NCBI RefSeq assembly: GCF_001194135.2 | Contig: NC_068992.1 | Coordinates: forward strand, 38,036,786 to 38,090,888 | DNA: 54,103 nucleotides | Reading direction: 5' to 3' | Origin: Octopus bimaculoides | Taxonomy: Eukaryota | Part shown: positions 1 to 11,785 of the stretch, in pieces | Position numbering within the stretch: the stretch's first letter is position 1 | How the letters are laid out: the number at the start of each line of letters is the position of its first letter | Notes under the pieces: generated by a model | What the model was told of the DNA's origin: nothing | Database searches by the model: none | What the model saw: the letters and a program-made list of their open reading frames with translations, nothing else | Position numbers and translations under genes: made by a program

Positions 1-166
1 ATATATATATATATATATATATAATTTATATAGATGTATATGTATACATATAGATGTATATACACGTATATGTATAGATATAGATATATAGATATAGATC
101 GTAAATTTGGAAATTATATTCTATGCATAACGGCCATAACCCCCATGAAAATTTATATATTTTTGA

Positions 167-2096
167 TGTTACATTGTTGAAAACGAGCACAAATTACTTC
201 GGGACCAGCTGCAGGCCTACACAACTATTATTAACAGTGTACGCCAGCGTGAGGGACGAATCTTCTTCCTTGATGCTCCTGCAGGGACAGGAAAAACATT
301 TATAACAAAGCTTCTCCTTGCATAAGTTAGGCAGCATCAGGACATTGCAGTAGCTCTGGCTTCCTCTGATATTGCAGCTACTTTGTTACCCGGTGGCAGG
401 ACAGCACACTCGACTTTCAAACTCCCTCTCAATTTAGCAGCATCCGACATGCCTTCATGCAACATCACCAAAAGCTCAGATCAGGGGCAGGTATTTCAAA
501 GGTGTCATTTAATTGTCTGTGATGAATGCACCATGGCTCGCAAGAGAGTTTTGGAAGCATTAGATAGAGCCCTGAAAGACATCCGAGACTGTCACGCTTC
601 AATGGGAGGTGTTACGCTTCTGTTGTCAGGTGATTTCAGGCAAGCTTTTCCTGTCATTCCAAAAGGCACTAGAGCAGATGNNNNNNNNNNNNNNNNNNNN
701 NNNNNNNNNNNNNNNNNNNNNNNNNNNNNNNNNNNNNNNNNNNNNNNNNNNNNNNNNNNNNNNNNNNNNNNNNNNNNNNNNNNNNNNNNNNNNNNNNNNN
801 NNNNNNNNNNNNNNNNNNNNNNNNNNNNNNNNNNNNNNNNNNNNNNNNNNNNNNNNNNNNNNNNNNNNNNNNNNNNNNNNNNNNNNNNNNNNNNNNNNNN
901 NNNNNNNNNNNNNNNNNNNNNNNNNNNNNNNNNNNNNNNNNNNNNNNNNNNNNNNNNNNNNNNNNNNNNNNNNNNNNNNNNNNNNNNNNNNNNNNNNNNN
1001 NNNNNNNNNNNNNNNNNNNNNNNNNNNNNNNNNNNNNNNNNNNNNNNNNNNNNNNNNNNNNNNNNNNNNNNNNNNNNNNNNNNNNNNNNNNNNNNNNNNN
1101 NNNNNNNNNNNNNNNNNNNNNNNNNNNNNNNNNNNNNNNNNNNNNNNNNNNNNNNNNNNNNNNNNNNNNNNNNNNNNNNNNNNNNNNNNNNNNNNNNNNN
1201 NNNNNNNNNNNNNNNNNNNNNNNNNNNNNNNNNNNNNNNNNNNNNNNNNNNNNNNNNNNNNNNNNNNNNNNNNNNNNNNNNNNNNNNNNNNNNNNNNNNN
1301 NNNNNNNNNNNNNNNNNNNNNNNNNNNNNNNNNNNNNNNNNNNNNNNNNNNNNNNNNNNNNNNNNNNNNNNNNNNATGGCAAGGTGCCTCTCGACGCTGC
1401 AGGAGAAATGGAAATATGGCCATTTTGCCCTGTTGTTAATTCTGTAGATGACCTCAAACACAAAGTCTTTCCCAACTTCAAAGAAAACTACCTAAATCAC
1501 AATTGGCTGTGTGAAAGAGCAATATTAGCTCCAAAAAACGTTGCTGTTACAAAAACTAATCAACAGCTTATGCATTCTCTTCCCGGCAATCTTCAAACTT
1601 ACAAGTCTGTTGATACAGTTCCAGATACAAATGAAGTGGTGAACTATCCTCCTGAATTTCTCAATTCGTTGGAGCCTCCTGGACTACCTTCCCACATATT
1701 ATCACCTAAAGTTGGAGCGCCTGTTGTGCTACTCCGCAATCTGGAACCACCAAGACTTTGCAATGGAACACAACTCGTGATAAAGAAGATGATGTCACAC
1801 GTTATCGAGGCTACCATTCTTTCTGGATGTGGAAAAGTAGATGACGTCTTTATTCCAAGAATTCCTCTTACTCCATCTGGAGCAGACATTCCTTTTACAT
1901 TCAGAAGACTGCAATTCCCCCTTCATGTCACTTTGGCTATGTCCATTAACAAATCTCAGGGTCAAACCCTCTCTGTAGCTGGTCTTCTCTTGGACAACTG
2001 TATGTTGGCTGCTCAAAAGTGGGAAGCAAAACATACCTATTTGCATATGCTCCACAAGGAAAAACAAGGAATATTGTTTACAACGAGGTGTTATAA
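167..2096 (+). pseudogene. Helitron Rep/Hel PIF1-like helicase domain, decayed
   Basis: Frame reads IFFLDAPAGTGKTF (Walker A at 272-301), in-frame TAA at 323-325, then ASSDIAATLLPGGRTAHSTFKLP, LIVCDECTM, LLSGDFRQ, N gap 681-1375, RAILAPKN, LLRNLEPPRLCNGT, QFPLHVTLAMSINKSQGQTL. A frameshift near 1990 leads into GQLYVGCSKVG...RNIVYNEVL* (TAA at 2094-2096). Confidence 0.9.
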
Positions 2097-2270
2097 TGAC
2101 AACAGCAAGAAAGTATGTACATGATCACCTTNNNNNNNNNNACGAGGTGTTATAATGACAACAGCAAGAAAGTATGTACATGATCACCTTCTTTTACCAA
2201 ACTTCATTGACTTTCATGTATTTATATTGATATACATAAATATGTGTGTTTGGGTGTGTGTATGTATATA

Positions 2271-3017
2271 TCTATATATATAAAGATGAGAATGTGTGTC
2301 TGTGTGAATCCCCAAAACTCGAGAACTACACAACCAATTTCATTCCAAATTTACACATGCCTTAATTAAGGTCCACATGCCTTAATTAGGGTTCGTGCCC
2401 ACACCAATACCATATCTCCTCCACTATTTCAGTATTACGTGTCAAAAGTGAAACAATAACATTACTCTACTGTAATGTCAGATACTTTCACTTTAATACT
2501 AAAACTATTCCACTATTTCAGTATTACGTGTCAAAAGTGAAACAATAACATGACGCTACTGTAATGTCAGATACTTTCACTTTAATACTTTCAATTTCAT
2601 ACTGAAACTATTAAAGTGACACTATACTCTCACATATATACAGGCATACTATAAGACCCAAGTCAAAAACATTCCCAACAATTCAACTTCTCTGGTTGAC
2701 ATTAACACCCCCACCCCCAATAGAGGCCTTCATTCCCACATTTTAGAGCTCCACGAGCTCCATTTTTCAGGAGCAAAATCCTTTTTACAGGTTCCAGAAG
2801 ACTGAAATTTTGGAATATGCGCATTAAGATCAATAGTATGGGATACATGTGTCATGATTAGAATTTTTTTTACGGTGTGTGAAGAGAGAAAGAACCCTCA
2901 TGTGTAATTTTGATGAAATCCGAATAATAGGTATTCCAGTTCCTTACAGAAAATATAACAGAAAAGTCTCATTCTTCAATTGCATGTAACACGGGCAACG
3001 CCTGGTATCTCTGCTAG
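2271..3017 (+). mobile_element. Non-autonomous Helitron (~750 bp)
   Basis: Starts A|TCTATATATATAAAGATGAG at 2271 and ends with a degenerate subterminal hairpin (cacgg-gcaacg-cctgg, 2990-3005) followed by CTAG|T at 3014-3018; A/T target. Internal 89-bp-period tandem duplication at 2421-2589. Confidence 0.7.
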
Positions 3018-3182
3018 TATTTTATATAATTAAATATCATTGAGAATTTGCAATAATTCAGTGAAAAGGAATATATTTTACAAAAGAAAAAAAGGAGAAA
3101 AGAAAAAAACAAACAAGCAAACAATGCAATACCAATTGGCTCAATTGGTCGTACACCACAAGATTGAACGGAACCTACTGAA

Positions 3183-3350
3183 GCAATAGCACACGCTTGC
3201 GGCATTACCACGGGCAATGACGAGGCTAAAGCGTTGGAAAAGCCAAGCACTCTCACGGGCATCACGTGACACCTCGGTAAGGCGAGCCGCCAACGATGAC
3301 AAGAACCTCGTAGTTAGCAGCCCAGCAACCTCCAACGTCTTAAACACCAC
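3183..3350 (-). mobile_element. 3' fragment of a CRE-like (restriction-like endonuclease) non-LTR retrotransposon
   Basis: Translates FKTLEVAGLLTTRFLSSLAARLTEVSRDARESAWLFQRFSLVIARGNAASV, resembling the C-terminal (ET.G.WG...FQR.S.AIQRGNAA) motif of CRE-type elements; homologous copy at 29741-29880. Confidence 0.6.
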
Positions 3351-3600
3351 AGGCTGGAAGAGAGTTCACTGGCAGGTTCCGATACTTCAAGAGAATTGTA
3401 TTAAAAAAAACGTTAAAACATCTTGTGCATTGTAGAAGTATAACCAATTTATTGTAGATAGGTTTTAACAACAGAATCCTAAATGGACTCACTAAAGTCA
3501 CATAAACCCCGGTTGACAACCACTGTTTTAAGATGTTATTTTAGGTCCATTTTACTTTGATAATTATCTCCCTTCTTTTTGTCATATTCTTTTCTCTTCT

Positions 3601-3775
3601 ATGCACAAGGCCCGAAATTTTTGTGGAGGAGACCAGTCGATGAGACGACCCAGTGCGCAACTGATACTTAATTTATCGAACCTGAAAGGATGAAAGGCAA
3701 AGTCGACCTCGGCGGAATTTGAACACAGAACGTAAAGACAGACGAAAGGCAGACGTTTCTGCCAGCTCACCGCCT
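3601..3775 (-). mobile_element. tRNA-derived SINE family B (Meta-domain-like core)
   Basis: Reverse complement has head GAGCTGGCAGAAACG, B box GTTCAAATTCC and core GAGGTCGACTTTGCCTTTCATCCTTTC; many copies in the window. Confidence 0.75.
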
Positions 3776-4019
3776 TCTTTTTATCATATTGGTGATATCG
3801 TCTCTGACAAAAAGACTACTTCTCTCAAAGTATGGGATTGTTCTGTTTGCGGATCTTACGTTCTTGTTGCTTGCATACTAGAGTCGCAGACAGCTGCCAA
3901 CTATCACAAGATGTAACAGCTGCTGTCTGGCGCATAAATGGTACTTCGTTTATATCTTATTATTTTTAGCAGGGAGGGTGATGTATTGGTAAAATCATTT
4001 GAGTCGTAAAAAATACCTT

Positions 4020-4322
4020 GCGGTATTTATTCAAATTCTGCCGAGGTAAATTTTCTTTTTCATCCTTTCAGGATTGTTAAAATAAAGTACCACTGAAGTA
4101 CAAGGGTCGATTTAATACACCCCACCCCGTCACAAATTCTGGCCTCGCGCGACCTGGCAGAATCATTAGTACGTCGGGCGAAATACTTAATGGTATTTCG
4201 TCTGTCTTTATGTTCTGAGTTCCAATTTCGCCGAGGTCGACTTAGCGTTTCATCCTTTTCGGGGGTCGATAAAATAAATGCTGTGGTCGATGTTATCGAC
4301 TTATCCTCTCCCCCGAGCTTGT
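4020..4322 (+). mobile_element. Two tandem SINE family B copies
   Basis: ttcaaattctgccgaggt...catcctttcagg at 4030-4075 and ctggcagaatcattag...gaggtcgacttagcgtttcatcc at 4154-4260. Confidence 0.7.
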
Positions 4323-5066
4323 TAGTCTTGTACCAAACATTATTATTATTAGTTGTAGTATATAGACACATGTAAAAATAAATGAAGTAGATTTTGTGAC
4401 AACTACTTGGTATGATGTCACCAAGTAACCAGCGGTTCGAATTTCAGTGTGTGTGTGTATGTGTGTGACGGTAGGTGATTAGATTTCATACCACATCCTC
4501 AAACGTCAGATATAGAGTCTGAGCCAGAATAAACGTCACATTTGCAACAACCTTGTTTTGAAACTTGAGATTTCTTGCCTCGCTAAGAACCAATCATAAG
4601 AACTACTTCTATGTGCAGCGGAGTCTACGTGGTAAGATAACTGGTGGTTCGAAATCCGGATCACCAGGTTTTATTTTCTTGGTGGATGAGGTAGATTGGT
4701 GTGGGGGTGATGTATATGCTGTATAAAATTTTCCTTCTCTTCATCCACCATTAAATAATCTCTGTATCTACTTTGGCGAACAGGTTTCGATTCCTGATTG
4801 TAGTCAATTCACATATGTTTGCGATAAAGTGGCATGAAAGCCACTACGCAATTTGATTATCTTTTCTCCTTAGTAATTTATATGAAATCATTGCACTTTT
4901 TTTTTTTTTTTTTTAATCACTAATATAAATTAATGTTGTATCTGATGACTGTATGACTAGGTTTTGTTTTAAACATACCTTGGGGATTTAGGATTAAATT
5001 CCCAAAGTTAAATTAAAACTAGAGGTAAATATTCTGGAAAAAATGAAAAACTGTATTATCAAAATA

Positions 5067-5514
5067 GGATCTAGTTCAAAACGGGGGCACCAGTTTTCAT
5101 TTATGTTTTATGTAGTGTTTTTGGTACCGAAAGACTTTCAAACTTCGTATACTTATCTATTTTGTGTTATAGAACAGAAAAAAAATTTTGTATTCGAATT
5201 AATTTCATGTAAAAAATTGTCTTATTTCGATAATTTCAACCAATCACTGACAAGTATTCAGCTGTTTATACTTACTCCTTTGGCAGTTTAAGCGGTGTAA
5301 AGCGTATTTAATGTCCATTACTTCTGACATTTTGCAGAGAGGCAACACACGTTTTCCCTAACCCTAACTTTAACATGAAATAAATTGCAATATAATAATT
5401 TTTCTTAAGAAGACTAAGAGAAAAAGATGTTTTATATGACACATTCTACTAGTGTCCCAAGTTTCAAAGTGTTTCGTTAAGAAAATACTGGTGCCCCCGT
5501 TTTGAACTAGATCC
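5067..5514. mobile_element. MITE, 28-bp perfect TIRs, 8-bp TSD (Merlin-like)
   Basis: TIR GGATCTAGTTCAAAACGGGGGCACCAGT at 5067-5094 with its exact reverse complement at 5487-5514; TSD TCAAAATA at 5059-5066 and 5515-5522; GG...CC termini. Confidence 0.85.
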
Positions 5515-5524
5515 TCAAAATATC

Positions 5525-5710
5525 GGCATAACTACAGGGTTTTACCCACCAGACTTTGGGAGGTCATAACTTTCAGAAAAATGAACATTTTGTATATTCG
5601 GATTCTACATAGTAAATACTATATGCATAGAAAATTTCATTAAAAAATATTCATTTTTCTGAAAGTTATGACTTCCCAAAATCTGGTGGGTAAAACCCTG
5701 TAGTTATGCC
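5525..5710. mobile_element. MITE, ~61-bp TIRs, 8-bp TSD (Merlin-like)
   Basis: GGCATAACTACAGGGTTTTACCCACCAGA... at 5525-5585 versus ...TCTGGTGGGTAAAACCCTGTAGTTATGCC at 5650-5710; TSD AAAATATC at 5517-5524 and 5711-5718. Confidence 0.85.
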
Positions 5711-6768
5711 AAAATATCTTATCGAGATGAAATAGAAAAAAGATAGGATCTTTTAAAATAAAAAAGGAGAGGAAAAAATGATTCACGGTCATAAAAAGAA
5801 AATTATAACTTAACAAAGGTTTTAGGGTGTGTTATTTCCTCAATGTTAAGTATGCTAATTTAAACGACCTTCAAAATGTCAAGGACACTAAACGACCACA
5901 GGTTTGCCGGTTGGTTTAGGTGATCTGTCTGCTTCATTGTAAACAGAAATAGCTATATGCGCCGAGAGATCGAACGTTACATGTACGTATTTATAAAAAT
6001 TATTTATATATTTATGCGATACAATGCTACTCTGTGTATCTACAGAATGAAAAAGCAACTGAATGAATCATTGAATTATTAATAATAAACCAGTTACAAT
6101 AAGAAAAGAATTGGAAATATAGACCAGGGTTTAATATAAAAACCGTAGTTCCTTTCCTCATTGTTTAGTTAATTCATTTTAAAAATTAAATTTCTTCTGT
6201 ATATATTTACTGTGCGTGTGAGTTTGGATGTTTTCAAGTAATTTTGATAGCAATAAAACCGTAAACACTGTACGTGCACATACACACATATTGACATTTG
6301 GAGTGAGAGAAAAGAAAAAGTCGACTCGAGACTGTGTAGTAGGAGGAAATCCTGTGGGAGGAGACAAGAACCACGAGAAATATCTGGAAAGAGGAGTGGT
6401 ATGGGACAAAAGCACTGTATGCAAATGTACATTTATCAATAGATTGCATACATGAATATATATATTTATAGCCAGCGGTGGGAAGGCGATTCATTTTAGC
6501 TCCTGACTTCCAGCCTTGCACACCACTCGGACAAAAACAAGAGGCACCTGTTGTCTAATACGTTGGAACTGGTCGTTCTGCTAGTTTTTGCTTAGAGTGG
6601 TATTGCTTGTCTCTTAATCTTTCTCATCGTTCTCTCTCTCTCTCTCGCTTTTTTTCTTTCATTCTTTATCATTCATCATTTCCTGCTTGCTGACAACAGA
6701 AGGTGAAGGTTGAATCTGAGAAAGCAGCGACTTCAAAGAGGAAAGAAGACTCATCAGAAAGAAGGACC

Positions 6769-6973
6769 ATGGCTAACAAGGTGTACATAACACGGAGAAT
6801 TCCACCTGCAGGGATCGATTTGCTTCGAGAGAAAGGAGTCGAAATCGATTTCTGGGATTCTGACGAAGCCATCCCACACCAAGAATTAGTAAAGAATATG
6901 AAAGGCAAAGGTTACACTGGTCTTTTGTGTCTCCTCACTGACCAGGTCGATGCAGAAGTTTTCGACGCTGCCG
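6769..6973 (+). CDS. GRHPR: GRHPR-like glyoxylate/hydroxypyruvate reductase, coding exon 1
   Basis: ATG at 6769 in strong Kozak context (ggaccATGG). MANKVYITRRIPPAG...FWDSDEAIP...GLLCLLTDQVDAEVFDAAG resembles the human GRHPR N-terminus (KVFVTRRIP...WDSDEPIP...GLLCLLSDHVD). GTAAGT donor at 6974, phase 1. Confidence 0.93.
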
Positions 6974-8502
6974 GTAAGTTGTGTTTATTACTGTTAACAA
7001 TAAAAATAATTTCTCATCGAGAATCTAGTGTGTGTGTAAACACGCACAATGACATCGTTATGCTTAATTACATGCGCATAGCTTTGTACTATTTTTTCTT
7101 CTTCCAATGAATGAAACTTAATGGTGTGTATACAATATGCATGTATGTATTGAAGGCTTTATTTGGTGATTATTTCTCACGTTTTTGCTTACCTCGCATT
7201 TTAATATATGTTAGTCGCCTTAGAAAAATTTGTGTCAATATTCGGACCAGAAGCCAGATATTATGTACTTCATTATTTTGTTAACTAAAAAAAAAAACAA
7301 AAAAAAAAAACACTCCTGCAATTATCAAATATTATGATTGTCATCTGTTTGGTCAGTGTGGTACAGGATTTTGGTGAGTTACGACAGCATTTAACCGCCT
7401 GGACACTCTAATGTCGCTATTCTACATATATTACAACTTAATGTGGAGATAGAAATAAAATCAAAACTTTTCTATTCGCTAATTTCCTTTTATTTTGCTC
7501 TATTGCTCTCTAAAAAATCTGTTTTAGCGCTTTAAGGTCACGTATTTAATTATTTTCCTTTTGTACAAAGTATTGGATTTAAAGCAAGTTCGCAGAGAAT
7601 CAGNNNNNNNNNNNNNNNNNNNNNNNNNNNNNNNNNNNNNNNNNNNNNNNNNNNNNNNNNNNNNNNNNNNNNNNNNNNNNNNNNNNNNNNNNNNNNNNNN
7701 NNNNNNNNNNNNNNNNNNNNNNNNNNNNNNNNNNNNNNNNNNNNNNNNNNNNNNNNNNNNNNNNNNNNNNNNNNNNNNNNNNNNNNNNNNNNNNNNNNNN
7801 NNNNNNNNNNNNNNNNNNNNNNNNNNNNNNNNNNNNNNNNNNNNNNNNNNNNNNNNNNNNNNNNNNNNNNNNNNNNNNNNNNNNNNNNNNNNNNNNNNNN
7901 NNNNNNNNNNNNNNNNNNNNNNNNNNNNNNNNNNNNNNNNNNNNNNNNNNNNNNNNNNNNNNNNNNNNNNNNNNNNNNNNNNNNNNNNNNNNNNNNNNNN
8001 NNNNNNNNNNNNNNNNNNNNNNNNNNNNNNNNNNNNNNNNNNNNNNNNNNNNNNNNNNNNNNNNNNNNNNNNNNNNNNNNNNNNNNNNNNNNNNNNNNNN
8101 NNNNNNNNNNNNNNNNNNNNNNNNNNNNNNNNNNNNNNNNNNNNNNNNNNNNNNNNNNNNNNNNNNNNNNNNNNNNNNNNNNNNNNNNNNNNNNNNNNNN
8201 NNNNNNNNNNNNNNNNNNNNNNNNNNNNNNNNNNNNNNNNNNNNNNNNNNNNNNNNNNNNNNNNNNNNNNNNNNNNNNNNNNNNNNNNNNNNNNNNNNNN
8301 NNNNNNNNNNNNNNNNNNNNNNNNNNNNNNNNNNNNNNNNNNNNNNNNNNNNNNNNNNNNNNNNNNNNNNNNNNNNNNNNNNNNNNNNNNNNNNNNNNNN
8401 NNNNNNNNNNNNNNNNNNNNNNNNNNNNNNNNNNNNNNNNNNNNNNNNNNNNNNNNNNNNNNNNNNNNNNNNNNNNNNNNNNNNNNNNNNNNNNNNNNNN
8501 NN

Positions 8503-8541
<39 letters not shown>

Positions 8542-8829
8542 ACTCAATAATGGCTAACTTTAAGCTAAAACCCACAGCTACGACTGTGATGGTGAGCAGT
8601 CAACTGCAAAACTGGCACGTCGTGCGGAAAAATTGTTTTTTGTAATGCGCCCCGCTTCTCGAAAAGGGCTGCTCATGCCTGGTCCTGAGGATCTTGCGTT
8701 CAAATGTCGTATCAGATATATTCCAATGAAATCGTGTTATCTAATCTATACAGCACTAGAAGTGACTCGAGAACCCAGAGTTTCGTCCCTAGCACTTCTT
8801 TCTTTTTTTAGTTTAAGTGCTGTACGAAG

Positions 8830-9090
8830 ATTCTAGACCCTTTATGTAACTTTGCACTTAAAAATTGTTCTCAACTTGGCGCATTGATCTCTTCCACACA
8901 CGGATATTGAGACCAAGTCCGAATGCTTAGATTATGAGTGGATTCCGCTAAATACCACACCTGGTCCGATAAACTGTGGAATCCACTCCTAATGTAAGCA
9001 TTCGGACTTGGTCTCAATGTTTGTGTGTTGAAGAGATCAATGCGCCAAGTTGATAATTTTTAAGTGTAAAGTTACATATGGGTCTAGAAT
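8830..9090. mobile_element. Foldback/MITE with ~117-bp inverted arms and short spacer
   Basis: attctagaccctttatgtaactttgcacttaaaaatt...gagtggattcc versus ggaatccactc...taagtgtaaagttacatatgggtctagaat; superfamily unresolved. Confidence 0.8.
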
Positions 9091-10545
9091 TTTCTAGATT
9101 TACTTTTAAATCTCTCGCACAATTATCTGGTGTAGTCTTCAATTATATTTTTTGCTTTATCATAACTGAGTGGTGTTGCTTATTTTAATCAGATAATCTT
9201 CAAATAGGTTATTAATATTAGTCTAAAATATAGAAGAAAATTTTATAGTTTCTACTACAGGGATTCTCTAACTAGGGTAGGCAAGATTTGTAAGAACTGT
9301 AGTTTTAAAACAATCACAATCAACTTTTCAATTATGCATCTTGCGATTTACTAAATTCTGGAAGTTTTGTCTTTCTAACATAATTAATAGCAATTTATAC
9401 ATGTCTGGATTACAGTATCCAAATATTTTAACATCTGTGTTCTTCACAAGGGCTACATCAACACAGATATAATGAAAGGATACGTTAGTAAAAAAAAAAA
9501 AAGGTTGGCCTCTGTTCAATGATATCACGTACGCCACCGATATAATTACGACAGCCATATACACTACACAATCATATCAACTTCCGCGGTATATTTTGAG
9601 GTCTTGTGGATATATATTCAATGCTCTAAATGAGTAGATAGACAGCGACGACTGATGAAGGGTCGTTTCTGTTTACTTGTCCTGTTTTCCATTTTTCTTC
9701 TTTTGTTGTTTGCAAATTTAACTCGTTTTCGTATTTCATGTTGTTTACACAGTTGGTGACGTCCAGTACACACACACACATATAGATAGATACATAGATA
9801 GATAGATAGGTATAGATAGATAGGGATAGATATATATATATATATATGGATGGATATATATATGTATAGATAGATTAAGTATATATGTATGTATATATAT
9901 ATATATATATATATCTCGAGATATATATGGATGGATATGTATAGATAGATTNNNNNNNNNNNNNNNNNNNNNNNNNNNNNNNNNNNNNNNNNNNNNNNNN
10001 NNNNNNNNNNNNNNNNNNNNNNNNNNNNNNNNNNNNNNNNNNNNNNNNNNNNNNNNNNNNNNNNNNNNNNNNNNNNNNNNNNNNNNNNNNNNNNNNNNNN
10101 NNNNNNNNNNNNNNNNNNNNNNNNNNNNNNNNNNNNNNNNNNNNNNNNNNNNNNNNNNNNNNNNNNNNNNNNNNNNNNNNNNNNNNNNNNNNNNNNNNNN
10201 NNNNNNNNNNNNNNNNNNNNNNNNNNNNNNNNNNNNNNNNNNNNNNNNNNNNNNNNNNNNNNNNNNNNNNNNNNNNNNNNNNNNNNNNNNNNNNNNNNNN
10301 NNNNNNNNNNNNNNNNNNNNNNNNNNNNNNNNNNNNNNNNNNNNNNNNNNNNNNNNNNNNNNNNNNNNNNNNNNNNNNNNNNNNNNNNNNNNNNNNNNNN
10401 NNNNNNNNNNNNNNNNNNNNNNNNNNNNNNNNNNNNNNNNNNNNNNNNNNNNNNNNNNNNNNNNNNNNNNNNNNNNNNNNNNNNNNNNNNNNNNNNNNNN
10501 NNNNNNNNNNNNNNNNNNNNNNNNNNNNNNNNNNNNNNNNNNNNN

Positions 10546-10594
<49 letters not shown>

Positions 10595-11150
10595 ATTAGT
10601 GAGAGTAGACACGCGCACACATAGCAATCAATGCGCTTGCACACTCACATACACACTCGTTCTACCCACCCTCTTCCATAAACCACCAGACACTCTCCCT
10701 CCCTCCCTCTCTCTCTCTTTCTCTCACACATATCAATGAATGCGCATATATTCTTTCTCGCACACCAACTAATGTACACATTGTCACCCATACATTCTTT
10801 TCTTTCCCTTTCTCTCTCTCACACACACACTGTACATAGCTATCATATCACACACACTTGACAGTTCGTTTTTGTTTCGTTATTTTTTTGCTTTTGTTTT
10901 ACTTTCACTTCCTTTTTATTTTGCTTTTTTAAATAAGATTCTTTGTAATTTAAAAAACACTCACGTAAAGTACCCACTTAGAAATCAGGAAGTCTCTTTG
11001 AGGTCATTCGATTTGCTAAAAACTGCAGCCAAATTTCCCTCGCATCGCACGGTATCTTTTTTTTAAAACTCATATCAAATATTGTAGGCACCAAAAAGGT
11101 TATGGAAAAGAAAATCTTGTCAATTTCCTTCCTCTAGAGATCTGGGATAT

Positions 11151-11236
11151 CTTGGGCAAGTGTCTTCAACTATAGCCTCAGACTGACCAAAGCCTTGTGA
11201 CTGGATTTGGTAGACGAAAACTGAAACAAGCCTGTC
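11151..11236 (+). mobile_element. SINE family A (CORE-like), partial
   Basis: cttgggcaagtgtcttcaactatagcc...ccttgtgactggatttggtagacgaaaactgaaacaagcc. Confidence 0.7.
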
Positions 11237-11340
11237 CTATTTATTTATTTATGTGTTTCAGCCAAGTGGCTGCGGTCATGCTGGTGTTAATGCTTATCTT
11301 AAATTTCGGGGTTAATGCTCTTTTCTTTTAGCACAACTTT

Positions 11341-11558
11341 TTGTTTCAGTCATTTGACTGCGGCTATGCTTGAGCACCGCATTTAGTCGAGAAAATCTAC
11401 ACCAGGACTTATTCTTTGTAAGCCTAGTACTAATTCTATCGGTCTCTTGCCGAACCGCTAATGTTACGGGGACGTAAACACACCAGCATCGGTTGTCAAG
11501 CGATGCTGGACACACGCACGCACACACACACACACTCACTCACTCACTCACTCACTCA

Positions 11559-11635
<77 letters not shown>

Positions 11636-11785
11636 CATACGATGGGCTTCTTTCAGTTTCCGCCTACCAAATCCACTCACAAGGTTTTGGTCGACCTGAG
11701 GCTATAGTAGAAGACACTTGCCCAATGTGCCACTCAATGGGACTGAACCTGGAACCGTGTGGTTGGTAAGCAAGTTACTTACCAC
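11341..11785 (-). mobile_element. SINE family A (tRNA head, CORE-like TTGGGCAAGTGTCTT, internal microsatellite), near full length
   Basis: Reverse complement reads gtggtaagtaacttgcttaccaaccacacggttccaggttcagtccc...ttgggcaagtgtcttc...(TA/GT)n...gctggtgtgtttacgtccccg...gcatagccgcagtcaaatgactgaaacaa. Confidence 0.85.

Noticed and set aside
2083-2190. Exact 49-bp direct repeat around a 10-N gap
   Set aside because: Identical copies abutting a placeholder gap indicate an unmerged contig overlap.
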